Below, piece by piece: positions 9,581 to 16,741 of a DNA stretch of 32,000 nt. Under the pieces are notes generated by a model. It searched no databases and was not told where the DNA came from. It worked only from the letters and a program-made list of their open reading frames with translations. Source of the stretch: an uncultured Pelagibacteraceae bacterium (lineage in GTDB: Bacteria; Pseudomonadota; Alphaproteobacteria; Pelagibacterales; Pelagibacteraceae); assembly GCA_902583645.1 (NCBI GenBank), contig CACHWQ010000008.1, positions 5,596 to 37,595 of the forward strand. Reading direction: 5' to 3'. Positions within the stretch are counted from its first letter, which is position 1, and the number at the start of each line of letters is the position of its first letter. A program made the position numbers and the translations under genes.

Positions 9581-9645
9581 TAAATTTAGATAGGTTAATT
9601 TTGCATCATTACACTTTTTAATGCAAACAAATTAAGAAAAATTAG

Positions 9646-10653
9646 CTAACGATTTGGTGAAATATTATTAAAAAATATTTTTGCTGTTTCTTCCCATGTG
9701 AATTTTTTTGCAAATTCAAGACAATCATTTCGATCAACTTTTAAAGCTTTATAAGCTGAAACTTTAAGATCATTATCTAGACAATCTATTTTGGAGCCTT
9801 CAAAAATATCTTTAGGACCTGGAACGGGATACGCAGCAACAGGCGTACCGCAATTTAAAGCCTCAGTAACTACAATTCCAAATGTATCTGTTTTACTAGG
9901 GAATACAAAAACATCAGAAGATGCAAAATATGATGCAAGTACACCATTTGTTTTTTCTCCTAAAAATATATCTCTAGGGAATTCTTCTTTTAATTTTTTT
10001 AAATCGGGTCCTTTTCCTATTATTATTTTTGTACCTTCTAAATCACATTCTAAAAAAGCTCTTATATTTTTCTCAACAGCAACTCTTCCAACATAAATCC
10101 AAATTGGTCTTTTGTGGGGTAAATTAATTTTTTGAGGTTTTTTAAAAGCTCCGTGATTTCCTCCTCTGGTCCAAGTAATCATTTTATTATTATCTATACC
10201 TATATCGATTAATTCTTTTCTCATAGATTCTGTTGTTACTAAAATTCTCTCAGCCTTATTATGAAAGTTTGCTAAGAATTTTTCAGCCCATTTTGCAGGT
10301 ATAATTGGAAAGTATAGTTTAAGATATTTATCAAACCTTGTATGAAAACTCGTAGTAAATTTTAGATTATTTTTTAAACAATATCTTCTTGCCATAATCC
10401 CAATGGGACCTTCGGTAGCGATATGAATTGCATCAGGTTTGATTTTCTTTATTAAACTACCAACTCTTGGCCATACATTTATAGATAACCTTATTTCATT
10501 ATATTTAGGCATCGGAAAGGTTAAAAATAAATTTGGAGTAATATATTCTATAGTATGACCTTGTTCTTTTAAGATATTACCTGTTTCATGCAAGGTTCTT
10601 ACGACACCATTTACTTGTGGAAAATATGCATCTGTAGCAATTAAAATTTTCAT
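9646..10653 (-). CDS. agt: GT4-family glycosyltransferase, Agt-like glycolipid synthase (glucosyl/glucuronosyl-diacylglycerol).
   Basis: GT-B fold motifs (MKILIATDAYFPQVNGV, FVFPSKTDTFGIVVTEALNCGTPV). It starts 3 nt downstream of the plcP-like gene, matching the plcP-agt pairing described for marine bacteria under P stress. Confidence 0.75.
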   Translation of the reverse strand: MKILIATDAYFPQVNGVVRTLHETGNILKEQGHTIEYITPNLFLTFPMPKYNEIRLSINVWPRVGSLIKKIKPDAIHIATEGPIGIMARRYCLKNNLKFTTSFHTRFDKYLKLYFPIIPAKWAEKFLANFHNKAERILVTTESMRKELIDIGIDNNKMITWTRGGNHGAFKKPQKINLPHKRPIWIYVGRVAVEKNIRAFLECDLEGTKIIIGKGPDLKKLKEEFPRDIFLGEKTNGVLASYFASSDVFVFPSKTDTFGIVVTEALNCGTPVAAYPVPGPKDIFEGSKIDCLDNDLKVSAYKALKVDRNDCLEFAKKFTWEETAKIFFNNISPNR

Positions 10654-10656
10654 TAA

Positions 10657-11469
10657 CTATGAAGCTTTTTTTAAGTCTTCAGTTTTAATAGGTTTAATTA
10701 TATCTTTAGTGTCTAAATATTGTTCTCTTATTTTATCCCAATATAATATTTCAAAACTACCATCATAATTTTCAGCTAATGCAGTACAAGATTCAACCCA
10801 GTCTCCACAATTTAAATAATTGACACCATTAAAATCTCTATCCTCAGCATGATGGATGTGACCACAAATTATTCCATCAAACTTTTTTCTTTTTGCATAA
10901 TCTGAAACTGTTTTTTCATATTCACCAATATATTTGACTGCGTTTTTGACTTTATACTTTAAAAATTTTGCAAGGGACCAATATTCTTTTCCTCTCAACC
11001 TTCTAAAAAAGTTAATTATTACATTAAATTGTAACAATAAATTATATGCTATTGATCCAATTTTAGATAACCATTTAGCATGTTTCATTACTCCATCCCA
11101 AGCATCACCATGGACAACAACATATTTTTTTCCATTATTTGTTTCATGAATTACTCTATTTAACATATGAATATCACCAAAATGCATTGGAATAAATTTC
11201 CTTAACATCTCGTCATGATTACCCATTATGTAGAACACTTTAGTCCCATGTCTTGCTTTTCTTAAAATTTTTTGGATTACATCATTATGTTCTTGAGGCC
11301 AAAAAAAACTTTTTTGCATTGCCCAGATATCAATAATGTCTCCTACAAGATAAAGATTTTCAGATCTTGAATTTTTAAAAAACTCTAAAATTTTATTCGC
11401 CTGACAACCTTTGGTACCTAAATGCAAATCAGAAATAAATATACTCTTATATTTTAATATATTAGGCAT
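10657..11469 (-). CDS. plcP: LpxH-family metallophosphoesterase, PlcP-like phospholipase C for phosphate-starvation lipid remodelling.
   Basis: Calcineurin-like phosphoesterase motifs (SDLHLG, GDIIDIW, GNHD, VVHGD, GHIH). It forms an operon with a GT4 gene, adjoins the Pho cluster and has a Pho-box-like motif upstream. Confidence 0.75.
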   Translation of the reverse strand: MPNILKYKSIFISDLHLGTKGCQANKILEFFKNSRSENLYLVGDIIDIWAMQKSFFWPQEHNDVIQKILRKARHGTKVFYIMGNHDEMLRKFIPMHFGDIHMLNRVIHETNNGKKYVVVHGDAWDGVMKHAKWLSKIGSIAYNLLLQFNVIINFFRRLRGKEYWSLAKFLKYKVKNAVKYIGEYEKTVSDYAKRKKFDGIICGHIHHAEDRDFNGVNYLNCGDWVESCTALAENYDGSFEILYWDKIREQYLDTKDIIKPIKTEDLKKAS

Positions 11470-11531
11470 TTAAAAATCTTTTTTTTAACACAACTGTAAC
11501 ACGAATCATGTAATTCTTATCTCATTCAAAT

Positions 11532-11548
11532 GTTACAAATTTGTTAAA
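11532..11548 (-). promoter_or_regulatory. Candidate Pho box upstream of plcP-agt.
   Basis: The minus strand reads TTTAAC-aaatt-TGTAAC, 62-79 nt upstream of the plcP ATG. It is 15/17 identical to the first two repeats of the pstS site. Confidence 0.45.
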
Positions 11549-11567
11549 AATTATTTAAGAAATAATT

Positions 11568-12452
11568 ATGTTATATTGTTTAATTTATAATCTAAACTCT
11601 TCTTCAGGAAGAAAATCACAATTCATAAATAGAGTTTTATCTAAGTTAAAAGAAAATAATTCTGTAGACTACTTTGAGACAAAAACAACAAATCAAGCTA
11701 AAGAAATTTTTAGAAATTTTAATCAAAAAAAATACGATCGACTAATAATAGCTGGTGGCGATGGATCGGTATCTTTTGCAATTAATGAACTAATTAAAAA
11801 TGATTTTAACTTTAAACACGATTTTGCCATAGGTTATATACCCGCTGGTACAGCAAATTTACTTCAAGCTGAATTATCAATGAATAAAAAAGTTGATGAT
11901 ATAGTTAATGTATTGATTTCAAACAATTATAAAACCTCTAATCTTGTAAAAATTAACGAAAGTTATTTCTTTTTAATGGCTGGTATAGGATGGGATGCAA
12001 AAATTGTTCATTCAATTAATTCAAAAATTAAAAAGATTCTTGGTAAAATTATATTCGGCATCAAGGGTTTTCAGTATTTCTTATTTATGAATAATAAAAA
12101 ATTAAATGTTACTTTTGATGGACAATTTTATCAAGCAGACTGGATATTATCCTCAAATACCAAATATTACGCTGGCCATCATAAAATAAATAAAACAAAT
12201 ATTTTTGAAGATAAATTAGTTACTTATATATTTAAGGATTTGACTAGAATCAATTTATTATATTCCATATTTTTAATAATCCTTAATGGCGACTTAAGTA
12301 AAAACAAAAATGTTATTACTACTTATTCTCAAAATATCACTATTGAAGGAAATGATTTAATACCTGTTCAAATTGACGGGGATAATTTTGGTTCATATAA
12401 AAAAATTCATTTAAATCAGTCAAATAAAAAAATGAATTTTCTTGTAAAATAA
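11568..12452 (+). CDS. Diacylglycerol-kinase catalytic-domain lipid kinase (YegS/BmrU/LCB5 family).
   Basis: DAGK_cat motifs (IIAGGDGSVSFAINEL, GYIPAGTANLL). It is transcribed divergently from plcP. Confidence 0.7.
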   Translation: MLYCLIYNLNSSSGRKSQFINRVLSKLKENNSVDYFETKTTNQAKEIFRNFNQKKYDRLIIAGGDGSVSFAINELIKNDFNFKHDFAIGYIPAGTANLLQAELSMNKKVDDIVNVLISNNYKTSNLVKINESYFFLMAGIGWDAKIVHSINSKIKKILGKIIFGIKGFQYFLFMNNKKLNVTFDGQFYQADWILSSNTKYYAGHHKINKTNIFEDKLVTYIFKDLTRINLLYSIFLIILNGDLSKNKNVITTYSQNITIEGNDLIPVQIDGDNFGSYKKIHLNQSNKKMNFLVK

Positions 12453-12478
12453 TTATTCGATTATATCTGATTTATTTA

Positions 12479-13576
12479 TTAATTTTTAGATATAATATTT
12501 AATATATCCTTACCATCTATCTTTACTGGATTATTGCCTAATCTTAACAAATTTATACCTTTTAAAACATCCTCAGAACTTTTAATTATATCTATATTAA
12601 ACTTTGTTAAATCATCCTCTAAATTTGCTTTTTTTTTTATTAAAGAAATTTTAGAATTGAAACTATTAATGTCCTGAACATCAAATAAATTAAATATTAA
12701 ATCAAATCTTTTTTTTAAATCAAAAGAAGTTACGGATTTATCTAAATTATCGAAGTTAAATTTAAAAAATTTCTCAAAAAATAAGCTAACTGCATGTCCG
12801 TGACTAATATTAAATAGAGATGTAAATGGATAAGATGCAGCATGTGGGGCAGTAGTTTTAGATATGCTAATTGCTTTACCTGCTAGATTTGAAGCAATAC
12901 TCATCTCTGTTGCATTTTTCATGTTTGGATCGTTAATAAAAGATATAAAACTGTTAACAGAAACTCTTAAAGACTTTGAAGCATATTCAACGCTTTTATC
13001 GTTAGATTTTTTTGACACTAAAGACTCTAAGGCTTGAGCTATAGCATCAAAGCCTGATGATGCTTTTATTTTGTTTGGCGCAGATATTAAAAATTCAGGA
13101 ATTAGGAAAAAATGATCTGGAATTAATAATTCACTTTCAAAAGAGTGTTTAATTCCATTAACATAAATAACTGCATTAGAAGTCACTTCCGCACCAGAGC
13201 CTGCTGTTGTAGGTACAACTGCTAATTTTGTATATTTATTTTTAAACGGATAAGTGTAATTTACAATTAACTCAGCAAGATCGGGTCTAATTTCAACTAC
13301 ATTAGCTATTTTAGCGTAATCGATTACAGCACCTCCACCAATAGCCAAAAATAAATCAGGTTTAAAATTTTTGATATCTTTAATAATTTCAATCAACTCT
13401 TCAAGAATTGGAATTTCTGATTTTTTATAAAATAACTTTATCTCCTTGTTAACAATATTTTTAAGTAGATTTTCAGCACCAGAATTAACAAAAGATTTTT
13501 TGCCACATAAAACAAAAATTTTTTTAAAACTTTTGTCGTTTATGTATTTTAAGATATCTTCACTTGAATTAATCAT
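12479..13576 (-). CDS. Iron-containing (group III) alcohol dehydrogenase, a probable phosphonoacetaldehyde reductase (PhpC/FomC-like).
   Basis: Fe-ADH motifs (GGGAVIDYAK, TTAPHAASYP, ISHGHAVS). Its ATGA overlap with the ppd stop indicates translational coupling within the phosphonate cassette. Confidence 0.7.
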   Translation of the reverse strand: MINSSEDILKYINDKSFKKIFVLCGKKSFVNSGAENLLKNIVNKEIKLFYKKSEIPILEELIEIIKDIKNFKPDLFLAIGGGAVIDYAKIANVVEIRPDLAELIVNYTYPFKNKYTKLAVVPTTAGSGAEVTSNAVIYVNGIKHSFESELLIPDHFFLIPEFLISAPNKIKASSGFDAIAQALESLVSKKSNDKSVEYASKSLRVSVNSFISFINDPNMKNATEMSIASNLAGKAISISKTTAPHAASYPFTSLFNISHGHAVSLFFEKFFKFNFDNLDKSVTSFDLKKRFDLIFNLFDVQDINSFNSKISLIKKKANLEDDLTKFNIDIIKSSEDVLKGINLLRLGNNPVKIDGKDILNIISKN

Positions 13577-14670
13577 TTTTTCATAAATTGATTCTTTATT
13601 TTAATCAAATTGTCTGGTCTAGGTAGTTTTTTAATTTTACTATTAGTTACTTTAACCTCAAAAAAAGCAGGTCCATTTATTTTAATAAAATTGTTAGTTA
13701 TTTTTAATAAATTTTGCTTATTTTTAATTGAATAAAATTTTTTAAAACCTAAACTTTTAGATAGTTTTTCAAAATCTATATTGTTAGCATTAGTGCTTTG
13801 TCCGCCTACAGAGTCATGTGAGTTGTTATTTAATAAAATATATTTAAAATTTTTATTGGCAAAATTACCAGCTGTCATAATCGAGCCTAAATGCATTAAA
13901 AATGAACCATCGCCATCTATACAAAAAGTTTTATTTTTAGAGGCTAATGAATAGCCCAAAGCAACCGATGAAGTATGACCCATGCCACCAACCATATAGA
14001 AATCTTTACTTTTGTTTAAATTAAATTTTTTTCTCAAGTACATTAATTCTCTTGAATTATATCCAGTACTAGAAATGACTTTTGATTTAGATGGAATTTC
14101 TTTAATTAAAGTTTTGAGAAAATATTCTTTGTCTAAACTATAAAAGTCTTTTTTAAAGCTTGATTTACTATTTTTGTGAAGAGTGCCCTGTTCAATTAAA
14201 CAAGCGACTATGGATTGATTTTTTTTTGCATATTTAATTTGCTTATCAAATTTTTTAATATCTTTATTTGATCTTAAAATGGTATATTTAATATTTAATA
14301 GTTTTAAAATCTCTCTAGTAATTTTACCTTTTACATTATGCTGCGGTTCATCTTTAACTCTTGGTGAACCTCTCCACCCTATAATTAATATTAAAGGAAT
14401 TGAGTATACTTTCTTATGAGCTATGGATATTAACGGATTTAAAGCATTAGAAAGTCCTGAATTTTGCATGTAGATGCATGGAATTTTTTTTGTTGAAAGA
14501 TAATGACCTATTGCAATTGAAACTGCGGAGCCTTCGCTAGTTGCAATAATATGATTTCTTTGATTTTTTAAATAAGAAGATAATTCTTTTAAAACACTAT
14601 CAGGTACACCAGTAAAAAAATTAGTGTTATTTTTTTTTAATAAGTTAATTAAAGTATTAACTTTAATCAT
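13573..14670 (-). CDS. ppd: Phosphonopyruvate decarboxylase (thiamine-diphosphate dependent).
   Basis: N-terminal FFTGVPDSVLKEL and the TPP motif GDGSFLMHLGS...LLNNNSHDS. It overlaps the PEP mutase stop by 8 nt (ATGATTAA). Confidence 0.85.
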   Translation of the reverse strand: MIKVNTLINLLKKNNTNFFTGVPDSVLKELSSYLKNQRNHIIATSEGSAVSIAIGHYLSTKKIPCIYMQNSGLSNALNPLISIAHKKVYSIPLILIIGWRGSPRVKDEPQHNVKGKITREILKLLNIKYTILRSNKDIKKFDKQIKYAKKNQSIVACLIEQGTLHKNSKSSFKKDFYSLDKEYFLKTLIKEIPSKSKVISSTGYNSRELMYLRKKFNLNKSKDFYMVGGMGHTSSVALGYSLASKNKTFCIDGDGSFLMHLGSIMTAGNFANKNFKYILLNNNSHDSVGGQSTNANNIDFEKLSKSLGFKKFYSIKNKQNLLKITNNFIKINGPAFFEVKVTNSKIKKLPRPDNLIKIKNQFMKK

Positions 14671-15394
14671 TTTTTATAAGATTAATTATTTTTTTTATTG
14701 GAATTATTTTTTTATCCGCTTCAAGTGCTCTACTATTTTTTAATATAGTTCTGGCTGTATTTTGCATGGCTGGATAAGCTGACCTTAGTAATTGATTTGC
14801 GTAAATTACTAGTTTAAATCCATTTTTAATTAAATCTTTTTCATAAACTTTAGAATAAGTGGATGGAACCGAAACTAAAGGTATAAAATTTTTACTTTTC
14901 CTAAATTCCCTTGCAAAAGAAAAAATTTCTGCAGGGGTTTTTTCTTTACTATGAATTAAAATAGCATCAGCTCCTACTTTAGAATAAATTTCAGCTCGGT
15001 GTAAGGCATCTTTAAGTCCTTTGCCAACTATAAAACTTTCAATTCTAGCTATAACCATAAAATCCTGTGACTGTCTTGTATTACATACTTTTTTAATTTT
15101 ATTTGCAAATAATTTTGGTTTATCTTGCTTAGTGCCTGTCTGATTTTTAAATAATGAATTTTTTTTAAGACCAATTTTATCTTCCATAATTATTGCAGAC
15201 ACGCCAGATCGCTCTAAAGATCTTACTAAAAAAGGTAAATGTTCTATCAAACCACCATTATCTGCATCAAAAACTATTGGTTTAGTCGTAACATCCATCA
15301 AATCATTTAAAGATGAAATACGAGCTGAAAAAGATAATGATGAATTATCAGGAAGACCTTTGGTTGCTGAGTCAGTCAAGCTTGAAGACCACAT
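14663..15394 (-). CDS. pepM: Phosphoenolpyruvate phosphomutase (PepM) catalytic portion. This is the C-terminal fragment of a frame-broken cytidylyltransferase::PepM fusion.
   Basis: Diagnostic PepM motif EDK-X5-NS (MEDKIGLKKNSL), plus DADNGG and ARIESF. The in-frame sequence just upstream of the tracked Met reads KILEFDG, continuing the upstream ORF once one A is removed from the A8 run. Confidence 0.88.
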   Translation of the reverse strand: MWSSSLTDSATKGLPDNSSLSFSARISSLNDLMDVTTKPIVFDADNGGLIEHLPFLVRSLERSGVSAIIMEDKIGLKKNSLFKNQTGTKQDKPKLFANKIKKVCNTRQSQDFMVIARIESFIVGKGLKDALHRAEIYSKVGADAILIHSKEKTPAEIFSFAREFRKSKNFIPLVSVPSTYSKVYEKDLIKNGFKLVIYANQLLRSAYPAMQNTARTILKNSRALEADKKIIPIKKIINLIKND

Positions 15395-15398
15395 TCCA

Positions 15399-15965
15399 TC
15401 AAATTCTAAGATTTTTTTTATTTTTAATTATATTTGTTTTCTCAATAATTAGACCTGTTAGTGAATTGTGTGATTCCAGAATACGCACAATATCTTTAGA
15501 GTTCATTAATCTTTTTAATCTAGAAACACGGTTTTCAGGAGATGTAATGATATTAGACATCTCTTTTTTAATTAAGGTTGATGAAATATTTTTAGTATAT
15601 TTTGGTTCTATAAGTTTTCCTGACCATTTTTTAAGTGCTTTAATTACTCTCTCTCTAGTTTTTTTTTGAACACCTTTTTTCCAATCGTCTCCATGAACTA
15701 CAAAATTTGGTTTTATTAAATTAAGGTTTTCAACATAATCAAGTGTATTTTGTGGAATTACTTTTTTTACGAATTTAATATTTTCAACGACTACTTTTCT
15801 TTTTTCAAAGTTAAGATAAGGAATGTTTTTATAACTGGCTATAGCTTTATCTGTTAAAAGTCCCACATAAACGTCACCATATAAACTCGCTGTCTTTAAT
15901 ATATTGATGTGCCCTTTATGTAAAATATCAGCAGATAAACCAACATAAACTATTTTTTTTTTCAT
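15399..15965 (-). CDS. HxGH-type cytidylyltransferase domain (TagD-like) plus the first ~40 aa of PepM. This is the N-terminal fragment of the fusion.
   Basis: Motifs LHKGHINIL (HxGH), HGDDW and [10 protein letters not shown] (RTxGISTT-like), followed by PepM N-terminal sequence ([27 protein letters not shown]). The ORF ends 7 codons after the A8 tract (plus-strand T8, 15412-15419). Confidence 0.85.
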   Translation of the reverse strand: MKKKIVYVGLSADILHKGHINILKTASLYGDVYVGLLTDKAIASYKNIPYLNFEKRKVVVENIKFVKKVIPQNTLDYVENLNLIKPNFVVHGDDWKKGVQKKTRERVIKALKKWSGKLIEPKYTKNISSTLIKKEMSNIITSPENRVSRLKRLMNSKDIVRILESHNSLTGLIIEKTNIIKNKKNLRI

Positions 15966-16012
15966 AATTAATTCTCACTATATAATTTTTATACATAAAA
16001 GCGCTAATATTT

Positions 16013-16534
16013 TCATTTAATTAATTTATTAATTTTATTTAACAATTGTTTTGATAAATCTTTTATGGATTTATCAAAATTATTTACTATTATAATGTCA
16101 GGGTTTTTAGGATATTCAGGCTTAATATTTATACCAACTAAGTTTTTTTTTATTTTATTTTGATATAATTTTTTTTTCTTTTTTGATTTTATTATTGTTT
16201 TCACATTACTTTTTATGAAAATCTCTACATAATTTTTAATATTTTTTTTATTCCACATCCTAGGTTTATCCATCATAGCTACAGTCGCAAAAATCAAATT
16301 TATATTTTGGTTGGTAATAAATTTTGCTAATTTACAATATTTTTCTGAAAGTATTTCTCTTTCTTTTAGAGAGTATCCTTTAAAGTTGAATATTCTTCTT
16401 AAATCATCACCACTTATTAGTAAGGTTGGTCCATACAACTTAATTAAATTTTTATGAATTGATTTAGCTAAAGTAGTTTTTCCTGAACCAGAAAGACCTG
16501 TTAACCAAAATAAAATTCCTTTTTTTTTATCCAT
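16013..16534 (-). CDS. cysC: Adenylylsulfate (APS) kinase.
   Basis: P-loop LTGLSGSGKTTLA and an APS-kinase-like length (173 aa). Confidence 0.8.
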   Translation of the reverse strand: MDKKKGILFWLTGLSGSGKTTLAKSIHKNLIKLYGPTLLISGDDLRRIFNFKGYSLKEREILSEKYCKLAKFITNQNINLIFATVAMMDKPRMWNKKNIKNYVEIFIKSNVKTIIKSKKKKKLYQNKIKKNLVGINIKPEYPKNPDIIIVNNFDKSIKDLSKQLLNKINKLIK

Positions 16535-16741
16535 TGTTCACTAAAAAATAAATATTTAATTTATACAATACTTTTTTTAATTATTAATATTTAATTACTT
16601 GATAATATATTTTATATCTATCCTATAAATATAATTAAAATCAATGTAAAACTGAAATATCTCAAATATGTTACTTATAATTAAATAGATTTGTGAAGTT
16701 AAACATTATAAATATAAAATTCTTCTGATAAAAATATTAAT

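Noticed and set aside
9601-9626. Inverted repeat TTGCAT-N14-ATGCAA, plus a single ATTACA/TGTAAT half-site upstream of phoR, considered as a possible agt terminator or Pho box.
   Set aside because: The stem is only 6 bp with a 14-nt loop and no U-tract. Only one hexamer matches the phased repeat, and the partner position reads TAATGC. This is too weak to call.
9079-9645. An apparently non-coding 570-bp gap, possibly an ncRNA or degraded mobile element.
   Set aside because: Hand translation shows that it is the N-terminal two-thirds of phoR spread over two further frames. See the phoR feature.
16669-16685. TGTTAC-ttata-ATTAAA upstream of cysC, resembling the Pho-box-like motif.
   Set aside because: On the cysC strand it reads TTTAAT-tata-AGTAAC, so the spacing is 10 rather than 11 and both hexamers are degenerate. 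It is also 134 nt from the ATG.
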